Below are positions 8,764 to 16,405 of a stretch of 31,258 nucleotides of DNA, one piece after another; position 1 is the first letter of the stretch; each line of letters opens with the position of its first letter. Under the pieces are notes generated by a model. The model did no database searches. It was not told the origin of the DNA and saw nothing but the letters and a program-made list of their open reading frames with translations. A program made the position numbers and the translations under genes. The DNA lies in the IMG/VR virus record IMGVR_UViG_3300017821_000121, positions 1 through 31,258 of that record; one strand, 5' to 3'. Origin of the DNA: a virus (taxonomy: Duplodnaviria; Caudoviricetes).

Positions 8764-9120
8764 ATGGCAAACCCGCAGATTCTATCCAACGCAGCGAAAG
8801 GCTTGGTGCTCGGCATCGTGGAGACGCTGGCTGCGACCGGCCAGGTGTTTCCGTCCGCCGGGCCGTTCAACGTGGCGATCACCGATCCGAACGCCGACGC
8901 CAACGGCCAGAACGGCACCGTAACCGTGGTGCCGGGCACGCCGGATCAGAAGACCCCGACGATCTTCCGGCCAAGCGGCAACGGCAAAACCGGCACGATC
9001 GCGGTGAAGGTGACGGACACCAGCAATAACCTGGTGGGCGAAGCGAGCTTCGATGTGGTGGCGCCGCCTCCGCCGGCCGCACCCGATACGCTCACGGTCA
9101 GCTTCACCCCGGAGCCGTAG
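8764..9120 (+). CDS. Small beta-sandwich (Ig-like) protein; possible upstream start at 8638
   Basis: AAGGAG RBS at 8748-8753; alternating beta pattern, GKTGTIAVKVTD. Confidence 0.7.
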   Translation: MANPQILSNAAKGLVLGIVETLAATGQVFPSAGPFNVAITDPNADANGQNGTVTVVPGTPDQKTPTIFRPSGNGKTGTIAVKVTDTSNNLVGEASFDVVAPPPPAAPDTLTVSFTPEP

Positions 9121-9249
9121 GGGCGCGTCGCCCTTCCGGTTAGGAACTTCCACCTGGCGCGGGCCGTTCCGTCAACGGTTCGCGCTTCCCTCCGGCGCGG
9201 TGGCGTGGTTCCAAGGCACGCCGCCGCGCTTTCCCGCTGTCGAGACACG

Positions 9250-9287
9250 AAGGCCGTCCGCGAAAGCGGGCGGCCTTTGTGGTTTTT
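9250..9287 (+). terminator. Rho-independent terminator at the convergence of the two operons
   Basis: AAGGCCGTCCGC-GAAA-GCGGGCGGCCTT followed by a T-rich tract. Confidence 0.75.
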
Positions 9288-9609
9288 AGAGTGCGCGTTT
9301 TCCCCTACGGCGCGACGTCGGCAGCTCGCCGGCGCCGGCGAGCTCCGGATCCGGAGCTGTAGGGGATTTCCGGGGGGCTTTTCCGAGATAGAACGTGTGC
9401 ACGCGCTTTCCCGATCGCCAGCACAAATACACGTATCCCCGCTTATTTCGCAGGTGCGCTTTGATGTACGGATCCCGCCAAGGATGATCTGCATCGCGCT
9501 CGTGCACGTAGATCTCCGGGGGCGATACCCTACATCTGGCGATCGCCGCGCGCGGTCGTCTTTTGGATCTTTTTGCGGCCGTCAATTTTGTAGGGGAAGA
9601 CTTTTTCAT
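9286..9609 (-). CDS. Basic nucleic-acid-binding protein (DUF6788-like)
   Basis: GYVYLCWRSGKRVHTFYLGK motif; ATG at 9609. Confidence 0.6.
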   Translation of the reverse strand: MKKSSPTKLTAAKRSKRRPRAAIARCRVSPPEIYVHERDADHPWRDPYIKAHLRNKRGYVYLCWRSGKRVHTFYLGKAPRKSPTAPDPELAGAGELPTSRRRGKRAL

Positions 9610-9611
9610 AA

Positions 9612-10055
9612 TCAGATCCGGCACTTCGCCGCCGTGGATCCCCGATAGGCTTCGAGATCGAAATATCGCCAGCCGCGAAAACCTTCGTGGTACAGACGCT
9701 CTTTCATCCGGTGAAACGGTGGCGCACACACAGCCACCCAACGATCCGACTTGATCTGCCACTCGCTGGGCTTTCCGTCCAGCGTGGTGAGCAGCGGAAG
9801 CTGGCCGACGTTCTGCACGATGCAAACCACAGAGAAATTCCCAATCAAAATGCCTCTGTGGGAAAAATAGAGCTGATAGATTCCGCCCCAAGCCGGACAG
9901 CCGAGATAATCCCCGGCGGGCTCCGTCTTGCTCGGCCGGCCGCGGCCGAGGGTGAAAAAGTACATGGTGAAACACGCCTTCTCTTCCGTGCCAAAGAAGC
10001 GATCGAGCTGGCCGCGGGCAAAACGGGTCGGAAGCGTCTTGATGATAGCTCCCAC
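9612..10055 (-). CDS. Hypothetical protein
   Basis: Fills the operon slot between neighbours; protein-like composition. Confidence 0.65.
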   Translation of the reverse strand: MGAIIKTLPTRFARGQLDRFFGTEEKACFTMYFFTLGRGRPSKTEPAGDYLGCPAWGGIYQLYFSHRGILIGNFSVVCIVQNVGQLPLLTTLDGKPSEWQIKSDRWVAVCAPPFHRMKERLYHEGFRGWRYFDLEAYRGSTAAKCRI

Positions 10056-10061
10056 GGCGGT

Positions 10062-10565
10062 TTAGACCCCCTGTTTGGAAGCGGGGCTGGATATGGGGCA
10101 GTCTGTGGAATAGGCAGCAGGTAGGATGCCTGCCAGAGGCATCCAATCCCACAGTTTGCGCTGCCCGCGGACGAATACCGGCTTTTCCAGCCGCTGGACG
10201 TCGCGCAGGATCCATGCCCAGCGTCCGTTGTCGTAATTGCCGAGCTGCAGCTCCACTTCCCAGCCGCGCTTCGGGAAAAAATTTGGTTTCAGCTTTTTCA
10301 CCGCGGTGCCGACAAGCGCCGTGGGCACGCACGCCGCCAAGTGGCACACGGCCACCACCTGGCCCATGTGAAATTCGGGCAGCTCGTGCCCTTTGGAGCC
10401 GAGCAGAAACGTGAGGCGCGAAATTTCCGTCTTGTCCGGCGGATGCACGCTGGAATGAATGGCCAGCGGCCCGCGGTAGCCGGTGTACCAATCGCGCGTT
10501 TCCACTTCCTTCCAGCCGGCGGCAACCAGCGCGGCCCACGGCTCGTGCAGCGTGATGGCTTTCAT
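10062..10565 (-). CDS. ASCH domain protein
   Basis: MKAITLHEPWA..V..G.K.VETR.W.T.YRGPLAIHS; RGQRKLW. Confidence 0.92.
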   Translation of the reverse strand: MKAITLHEPWAALVAAGWKEVETRDWYTGYRGPLAIHSSVHPPDKTEISRLTFLLGSKGHELPEFHMGQVVAVCHLAACVPTALVGTAVKKLKPNFFPKRGWEVELQLGNYDNGRWAWILRDVQRLEKPVFVRGQRKLWDWMPLAGILPAAYSTDCPISSPASKQGV

Positions 10566-10879
10566 GGTTTGCCGCTTTTTCGCGGCCAGCCGATGCAGCC
10601 GCCGCTGGAGTGAAAATGCTTGTGATCGCCGGGGTGATTCGGTTCCAGCGTGCAGAAGTAATCAGCAGGACCGGAATTGTCGCCGCAGATCGACGAGCAG
10701 AGTCTTAATCGGCGACTTTGTTTCGCAATGTCTAACCAGATATAGGCCACAAGAGCCACACAGACGCACCCGATCGTGATTAGATCTTTCCACGTGTGAA
10801 ATCGAACGACGAGTATGGTCGCAGCGGCGACAACAAAGACGGAAAGCATCCAAGCGAAAATGCGATCAAAGCGATCCAT
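10562..10879 (-). CDS. Two-TM protein with C-terminal C..C..H..H motif
   Basis: Hydrophobic helices; ICG...CTLEPNHPGDH. Confidence 0.6.
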   Translation of the reverse strand: MDRFDRIFAWMLSVFVVAAATILVVRFHTWKDLITIGCVCVALVAYIWLDIAKQSRRLRLCSSICGDNSGPADYFCTLEPNHPGDHKHFHSSGGCIGWPRKSGKP

Positions 10880-11100
10880 CACGCGACCCCCGTAGCTTTC
10901 TCGATCAGCCGCAGCAGCGGCGGCCTTGTGCCATTGCGCTGGCGATCGCGGCGCGCCACCAAGCACGGCTCACAGCACACGTGGCGCTTCCCTTTCGCGT
11001 CCACGTGGGCTTTGTTCTTCCGGCAGTCCGGGCAAGTGCCTTTGGCGCGCAGCTCCGCGCGGCGGCGTTTTTGTTCGCGGTTGAATTCCTCGCGCGTCAT
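10879..11100 (-). CDS. Zn-finger basic protein
   Basis: GTCPDC...CEPC; ATGA overlap with DUF5131 gene. Confidence 0.7.
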   Translation of the reverse strand: MTREEFNREQKRRRAELRAKGTCPDCRKNKAHVDAKGKRHVCCEPCLVARRDRQRNGTRPPLLRLIEKATGVA

Positions 11101-12038
11101 GGCTGCACCGCCGCGGGTTTCGGGAATTCGTTCCACTCGCGGCCGTCGAGCAGCCGGCCGGCGCGTTTCTTGCCCACTTTGAAAAAGATCTCTGGACCGT
11201 TGGTACGGCACGGCGTGTCCATCGAAAGCGCTTTGATCTGGTCCACGGTCATGGCGGCTTCGATCTGCGACACGTGGATCCACTCGCCCCACTGTTTGAA
11301 GAAAAACGGCACGCCGCCGCCAACACACTGATCGCGCAGCGAGCGCGCCCAATCCGGATGCATTGGCCGCGCGTTGGGGCCGCTCTCGCCGCCGCACACC
11401 ACCCAATTCATTCGGCTTTCTGGCGTTTCGATATTTGGTGCTAAGAATCCGCGCTCAAACCTTATTCCGCGATCTCCGCACCTGGTGAGGTCCATCGGTC
11501 CAAGCAACGGCTCGGCGGAGATCCAGCGCACCGCCGCCGGCGTGGAAAGCAGCAGCGGGATCCGCTCATCGGCGAAATGCTGGCTTTCCACGCTGACGCC
11601 CAGCCAGACGTTGGGCAGTGGCCACTCTTTGCCCACTTTGCCGCCCAGGAACGGAATGCTCATCAGCGCGTTCATGCGCTCGGCGCGTTTGGTGAGGATC
11701 TGGAACGTGTGTTGCGGGCAGCGCTGCATCACGCTGAACACATCGTGGATCCACGCCCACGGCGTATCGAAGAACAAATCCGCCATGTCGCAGACGAAGA
11801 TTTTGCGCGGCTGGCGCCAGTGCAGCGGCTCGTTCAGGCGCTCCGGGTGGAAGCGCACTTCGCCGGTCCAACGCGTGTTTTCGCTGAACGTCGCCAGACC
11901 ATCGTACTCCGGAAGTTTTCGCAATCGCGTGGCGGCCAGGCGCGCGGCGTAGCAATTCGCGCAGCCGCGCGACACTTCTTTGCACCCGGTGATGGGATTC
12001 CAGGTCGCGTCCGTCCACTCGATCGATGTTTTACCCAC
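11097..12038 (-). CDS. Phage Gp37/Gp68 family protein (DUF5131)
   Basis: TSIEWTDATWNPITGC..VS.GC.NCYA, FQILTKR, NVWLGVSVE, SAEPLL, WVVCGGESG, FFFKQWG. Confidence 0.95.
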   Translation of the reverse strand: MGKTSIEWTDATWNPITGCKEVSRGCANCYAARLAATRLRKLPEYDGLATFSENTRWTGEVRFHPERLNEPLHWRQPRKIFVCDMADLFFDTPWAWIHDVFSVMQRCPQHTFQILTKRAERMNALMSIPFLGGKVGKEWPLPNVWLGVSVESQHFADERIPLLLSTPAAVRWISAEPLLGPMDLTRCGDRGIRFERGFLAPNIETPESRMNWVVCGGESGPNARPMHPDWARSLRDQCVGGGVPFFFKQWGEWIHVSQIEAAMTVDQIKALSMDTPCRTNGPEIFFKVGKKRAGRLLDGREWNEFPKPAAVQP

Positions 12039-12192
12039 GCCGCCTCTCCTTGCCCCGGTAAGCCCGCATGTTCTCGTAAATGTTTAGCGCCTCACTGCAG
12101 CGTTCACAGAGCTGCGCTCCACGGCATTTGCGCACCTTCTGTTTTTTCTTTCGGCAGTTCGAACACGTGCCAATGAATTCGCGGTGACTCAT
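12031..12192 (-). CDS. Small Zn-finger protein, 53 aa (not in ORF track)
   Basis: MSHREFIGTCSNC...LCERC. Confidence 0.6.
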   Translation of the reverse strand: MSHREFIGTCSNCRKKKQKVRKCRGAQLCERCSEALNIYENMRAYRGKERRRG

Positions 12193-12263
12193 GCGCCCCC
12201 TTCACTGCCAGGAAAACCACTTCATCCACAGCCAGCGATCCCGCAGCCAGCGCCAGATCCGCT

Positions 12264-12473
12264 TCATGGCTGGATCCTGGTGACGAAGCGGAGACGCCAG
12301 AGCAGTTCCGCTTCCTCGGCGGTGCAGGAATATTTGGTGCGGTCGATCATCGCGTTCAGCAGCTTCACGGCGTCGCACAGGTTGGCGTACATCTGCAGTT
12401 CGCTGGCGAGTGGCTTCTGGGCAGGGCCAACCGCTTGCTGCTGGATCGGGATTGCGTTGATCGAATGCGTCAT
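12264..12473 (-). CDS. Hypothetical protein
   Basis: ATGA overlap chain in the - strand operon. Confidence 0.55.
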   Translation of the reverse strand: MTHSINAIPIQQQAVGPAQKPLASELQMYANLCDAVKLLNAMIDRTKYSCTAEEAELLWRLRFVTRIQP

Positions 12474-12640
12474 GACTTTCGCCCAAATCTCAGTCGGGCA
12501 ACGTAACCCCCACCTGGAAGAATGAACCGCCAGCGACTTTGTGGGCTTTTATAGCAGTCTGGCCATTTCGTGGTGACGTAGCACCAGACATCGCCGATGA
12601 CAAATCCAGCCAAGCAAAAAGCAAAGAGTACGTTCATCAT
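12470..12640 (-). CDS. Small membrane protein, 56 aa (not in ORF track)
   Basis: MMNVLFAFCLAGFVIG...; ATGA overlaps on both sides. Confidence 0.55.
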   Translation of the reverse strand: MMNVLFAFCLAGFVIGDVWCYVTTKWPDCYKSPQSRWRFILPGGGYVARLRFGRKS

Positions 12641-12864
12641 GATGCGTCACCGTTGCGGAGCGGAAATGCGCCCAACAGTTTGGGCCACCGGCTAACCCGC
12701 TGATTTATGGCCAGCACCGTTCCCGGCGGCGGAGCGTCCACGTATTCCGCGCGCTCCATGCACTTCACCAACGCCTGCACGTTGTCGCAAAATTTTGCGT
12801 AAGCCGGCTCTTTCAAGTACAGCACCTTCCCGCCCGGCACCGGGAGTTTCACCCATCGCGTCAT
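12637..12864 (-). CDS. Hypothetical protein
   Basis: MTRWVKLPVPGG...; ATGA overlaps. Confidence 0.6.
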   Translation of the reverse strand: MTRWVKLPVPGGKVLYLKEPAYAKFCDNVQALVKCMERAEYVDAPPPGTVLAINQRVSRWPKLLGAFPLRNGDAS

Positions 12865-13526
12865 GACTCTTGAAACCTCGCGTCGAAATTGGCGGCGGTA
12901 ACGCGACGGCCGCGATGCGGCTTGATCGCGGGAAGAACACCAGCGCGGCGCGCTTCCCATTCCGCAAATCTGTCGCGAGCCGGCACGGAGCGAGTGGGGT
13001 CCGCGCCGGGCTCGCGCTTTGCCGCGCTGCGGACAACAGTGGGCAAACTTTTTGTGGCCGCGGCGGCGCGCAGCTCGCCGGGCCGGAGTACGCCTGCTGC
13101 GCCAGGGCTTGAGCGGAACTGCGGTCGCACATCCGCCGGCAGGGCATCCACTACTCGGCCGACGGGGCCGAGCTGCTCAAGATCGTTACGCAACTTCACT
13201 TCGGCGGCGTGCAGGCGATCGTCCGCGGCATCCAACGCAAAACGCAGCGTGCGCAGGATCCAGCGCTTTTTAGGATGGAGCGGCGTCTGGGAATCGAACC
13301 CAGCTACGGGGCGCTGGAAACGCGCGTCTTCACCAGAAGAACGCCGCCTCGCTCTCACTTTGGCCAAAACGAAATACACCGGATACCAGGACGCCAGCGC
13401 GGCCATGGAAAACAGCACCGCGTAGAACGTGTGCAGCGATCGGAAAAATGCCACCACGCACGCCGCGCCGATCACCAGCAGAAACGCTTTGGTCGTCCAC
13501 CACGCCGCTTTCAGATCCAGTTTCAT
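12861..13526 (-). CDS. Hypothetical protein with two N-terminal TM helices; contains an embedded tRNA-like sequence
   Basis: AAGGAG RBS; ATGA overlaps at both ends. Confidence 0.55.
   Translation of the reverse strand: MKLDLKAAWWTTKAFLLVIGAACVVAFFRSLHTFYAVLFSMAALASWYPVYFVLAKVRARRRSSGEDARFQRPVAGFDSQTPLHPKKRWILRTLRFALDAADDRLHAAEVKLRNDLEQLGPVGRVVDALPADVRPQFRSSPGAAGVLRPGELRAAAATKSLPTVVRSAAKREPGADPTRSVPARDRFAEWEARRAGVLPAIKPHRGRRVTAANFDARFQES
13276..13347 (-). tRNA. tRNA-Gly(TCC)-like element with shortened D-loop
   Basis: GCGGCGT/ACGCCGC acceptor stem, T73 plus encoded CCA, CTGGG-TTCGATT-CCCAG T-arm, TT-TCC-AG anticodon loop (one C-C mismatch in stem); 72 nt. Confidence 0.75.
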
Positions 13527-13768
13527 AGCTGACGCTCCTTTGCTCTTCTTACGGCTTCCGCGATGAAGCGTTTGTAGGCCAGCATGAATTTGGCGGCGCT
13601 CGCGTCGTCCGGCGGAAACTCATCCGGACAGGCGTAGAAAGTGCGCCCAGCTAACTGGACACAACGCCACTGCGAGGAAACAGTTGGGTCGCTCCGCTGC
13701 TCGCGACCGCAAAGGCAGCACACCATCAGCTCGCCGACAAACGGTATTGGCGCTTCGTTGATCCTCAT
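13523..13768 (-). CDS. Cys-containing hypothetical protein
   Basis: CCLC...YACP; ATGA overlaps. Confidence 0.65.
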   Translation of the reverse strand: MRINEAPIPFVGELMVCCLCGREQRSDPTVSSQWRCVQLAGRTFYACPDEFPPDDASAAKFMLAYKRFIAEAVRRAKERQL

Positions 13769-14178
13769 CGGGAACCTCTGCGGATGGCTTCGTCCACCGC
13801 GTCTTGTGTGTCGCGGCCGCGGCGCACAAAATTCTGAAGAACGCCGTTTTCATCGTTGTGATTCTCGCGTTCGCCTGCAGCGAGAGACTTGCCGTCGAGC
13901 CCAGCGGCGGGCGCCAGGGCCGCGCGGCCGTCGAAGCGATCGAGAAAATCCTCGATGAACCGGCAGTTGTCCGCGCGCAGCGTTTTTCCATCGAGCGCGC
14001 GCTTCAGCGTGTCCCACTTAAACGGCGCTTCCATCACCAGCTTGAGTTCGGGGATGCCCAGCGACGAACGCCCTAAGCGATCCGCCGCGCGCGCGCGGAA
14101 TTCCCGCAAGCGCCGGCGATCGCTGAACGACAACGCGCGCGACGCTCCCCCGGTCTTGTAGACTCGTTTCTTTGGCAT
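13765..14178 (-). CDS. Hypothetical basic protein (possible HTH)
   Basis: GGAGG RBS before MPKKRVYK. Confidence 0.6.
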   Translation of the reverse strand: MPKKRVYKTGGASRALSFSDRRRLREFRARAADRLGRSSLGIPELKLVMEAPFKWDTLKRALDGKTLRADNCRFIEDFLDRFDGRAALAPAAGLDGKSLAAGERENHNDENGVLQNFVRRGRDTQDAVDEAIRRGSR

Positions 14179-14221
14179 CGATCCGCCTCCTGGCAAAGAC
14201 GTGTGGTTCGCAAAACTTTTT

Positions 14222-14479
14222 CTAGCGCCGCTCCCAGAGCACGCGAACGGCGCGATCCACCGCTGCGAGACGTTCCGTCACCGCCTGCAGCCGCGACTCC
14301 ATGCGCACCGAACGCGTCAGCAAACGTTCGTAGAGCGCCAGCAGCTTTTCGCGCCGCGCGACGAGCACGCCGGTCAGCCAGCGCGAGCGCGTTCGGAATG
14401 CCCGGCGGGAAAGCGCCCGCGCCGACAAACGCCGCCGCAACGGGCTGACAAGCACGCGAAGAGTCTTGGTTCTGATCAT
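14222..14479 (-). CDS. Arg-rich coiled-coil protein
   Basis: AAAGGAAG upstream; heptad-like C-terminus. Confidence 0.5.
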   Translation of the reverse strand: MIRTKTLRVLVSPLRRRLSARALSRRAFRTRSRWLTGVLVARREKLLALYERLLTRSVRMESRLQAVTERLAAVDRAVRVLWERR

Positions 14480-14644
14480 GAGAGGACTTCCTTTTCTCTG
14501 CGGAGAAGGGAAACCTGTTCGATGGGACAACTGGCCGAAAAATGGCCGTTGGGCCAGTGGCGCGCGCAACTAATGCTTTGATAACGTGTTTTCAACGATA
14601 GCAGCCACCGCAGGGTTGCCCGGGTCAAGGAGTCCCGAGAACCC

Positions 14645-14971
14645 ATGCGCGCTCCCCTCACGGCGGACGAACGCGAAAGACGTGTGATTGAGTACCTGCT
14701 CACGCTGCACAAAGGGCAGATCGCCGAGTTCCGGCTGACGCGGCTGAACCGCGTGGCGAATTTCCGGAAAGCGCTGATGCAGTTGCTGGAGGAATTTATC
14801 GAGGCGCGCGCCGAAGTGCTGGCCGCGGGCATGGTGATGGAATACGCGCCGCCGCGGCCGGAGCGGCCGAAAAGCGATGTAGCGGAAGGAAGATTGCCGC
14901 CGCCGGAGAGAAAACGGCGCCGCCCGCCCTGGCTTCCGCCCGTGCACAGGCGCGAAAAGTTATCAAGGTAG
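14645..14971 (+). CDS. Hypothetical helical protein
   Basis: AAGGAG upstream; only + strand gene in the early region. Confidence 0.6.
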   Translation: MRAPLTADERERRVIEYLLTLHKGQIAEFRLTRLNRVANFRKALMQLLEEFIEARAEVLAAGMVMEYAPPRPERPKSDVAEGRLPPPERKRRRPPWLPPVHRREKLSR

Positions 14972-15017
14972 ACACTCGCTATACTATGTTTACCAGATAG
15001 AGCACAAAAAAACAGGC

Positions 15018-15434
15018 TCATTGGCTTGTCGTCTGTTGATAGCACTTCCATTGTCCCTCTTCGTTTTGAGCCAGCACTGGATACTCCGGAGGACACGTGA
15101 GCGTGCCGATCCTCGATGCAGCTTGCTGCTGCTGAATTGTTTTTCCGATTTGATTGAGGACGGTGCCGAGCCCCGGACGAACGGCGTTCAACACCGCCAC
15201 GGTGGAATTTGTTGGCGCTGCCTGCTGCTGGGAGTTTGCGATCGCAGCCCAGTGTTCCGCCGCCGCTTTATACTTCGCGCTCTCTGATTCCAGTTCATTG
15301 GCGCGGCCCACTGCTTGAGCCTTCTCCATTGTCAGATTCTGGATCACTGGTCTGACCGATCCGTCGTACCACACGCCGCCTATCAAAAGAACAAGAATCG
15401 CGCCGAGCGCCGCAGACCGCAGGTCTATCTTCAT
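15018..15434 (-). CDS. Membrane-anchored coiled-coil protein
   Basis: N-terminal TM, coiled coil, C-terminal Cys pair; TAATG overlap with repressor. Confidence 0.7.
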   Translation of the reverse strand: MKIDLRSAALGAILVLLIGGVWYDGSVRPVIQNLTMEKAQAVGRANELESESAKYKAAAEHWAAIANSQQQAAPTNSTVAVLNAVRPGLGTVLNQIGKTIQQQQAASRIGTLTCPPEYPVLAQNEEGQWKCYQQTTSQ

Positions 15435-15604
15435 TATCGCTCACCATTCCCTTCCACAGGACCGGCGTTACGCCGCTTCCATTCGTCTTCGAGCAGTAAT
15501 CGCACAAAGTCTGATTTTTCCCGCCGATCATGCGCGGCCATCTCTTCAACCTTCTTCTTCAGTTCTCGTGGAATCGCCACGTTAAGGAAGACTCTGTCTT
15601 TCAT
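15434..15604 (-). CDS. Ribbon-helix-helix (CopG/Arc-like) regulator
   Basis: VFLNVAIPRELKKKVEEMA..DRR.KSDFVRLLLED. Confidence 0.8.
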   Translation of the reverse strand: MKDRVFLNVAIPRELKKKVEEMAAHDRREKSDFVRLLLEDEWKRRNAGPVEGNGER

Positions 15605-15610
15605 ACACAC

Positions 15611-15640
15611 ATTGAAATACAGTATGCCACACTGTGTCAA
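15611..15640 (-). promoter_or_regulatory. Promoter with palindromic operator for the RHH gene
   Basis: TTGACA-18-TTCAAT, 6 nt before ATG; ACAGTATG-C-CACACTGT palindrome at 15619-15635. Confidence 0.5.
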
Positions 15641-15656
15641 TAGGAAAGTTGTACCA

Positions 15657-16123
15657 TGAGACAAGCTTTTCCGACCGCAAAATGCGAAATCCCTATATAA
15701 ACACAGGGTGTCTCATACTGTCTCATGATCCTGTCTCGCGTTCAGGCACACTTTTATTACAAACAAAGGACTTAGAAAATACCTTGTCTCATCGAAAAAT
15801 CCTGAATTTCGACGTATCTCTAAGAGAAAGAAAGAGTTTTTCTTATTTTGTGTCTCAGGGTGGGAGGGGGAGGGTACCCAAAGTTGAGTGTAAGTCACGC
15901 AAAAAAGAACTGGGGGGGGTGGCCTATACGGGGACACTGAGACAAATAGGCGAATAGACGGCGAAAGGTGTATTGAAAACAAAGGAATTAGGTGGCTGTC
16001 TCAAGGTTTTTGTGTAACGGACAACACACTCAAAAAATCGGCTATAACTATAGGCGTACTAATGACTTACGATTTGTCTCAGGGTTTGGGCGATTTTGTC
16101 TCGCGCCCCCCGACCCTGAGACT
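15657..16123. repeat. Iteron-like TGTCTC(A/G) repeat array in AT-rich non-coding DNA; probable replication origin
   Basis: Copies at 15709, 15719, 15732, 15785, 15851, 15997, 16075, 16097; inverted copies at 15657, 15938, 16117. Confidence 0.75.
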
Positions 16124-16404
16124 TATCCCAATTGTTTTCTTCTTAAATTCTCGAATTTCTTAGGCTCTGGTATCCAGAGAATCTGTCCGCCCCTACGCTC
16201 CGCGCTTCGATAAAGCCGCATTCTGAAGTCGGGTTCAAGTTCCCACCATCGTGCACGCCACACGTTAAATCGGTTTGCATGTGTGCGCACGCGACGCACG
16301 TTTAGTAAGAACCATGTCCGCTCGCGGCGATCCCCGCAATTTGACTGTAGCAAGTCTCCACGCTTGGGAATTTCACCGCTCGGGACGTTCATAATGAACG
16401 GCAT
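16123..16404 (-). CDS. Hypothetical Trp/Arg-rich protein
   Basis: Starts 1 nt after the helicase stop. Confidence 0.65.
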   Translation of the reverse strand: MPFIMNVPSGEIPKRGDLLQSNCGDRRERTWFLLNVRRVRTHANRFNVWRARWWELEPDFRMRLYRSAERRGGQILWIPEPKKFENLRRKQLG

Positions 16405-16405
16405 G

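Noticed and set aside
9610-10539. Long alternative-frame and antisense ORFs (e.g. 417 aa at 9286-10539, 423 aa at 18483-19754, 391 aa at 21412-22587)
   Set aside because: Arg/Ala/Pro-rich shadows of real genes in high-GC DNA
15634-16213. ORFs across the AT-rich region; CRISPR-like array
   Set aside because: ORFs are by-products of iterons; repeats are 7 bp and irregularly spaced, no cas genes
16228-16248. tRNA 3' fragment / attP (GGGTTCAAGTTCCCACCA)
   Set aside because: No acceptor stem, antisense to a CDS, and no integrase present
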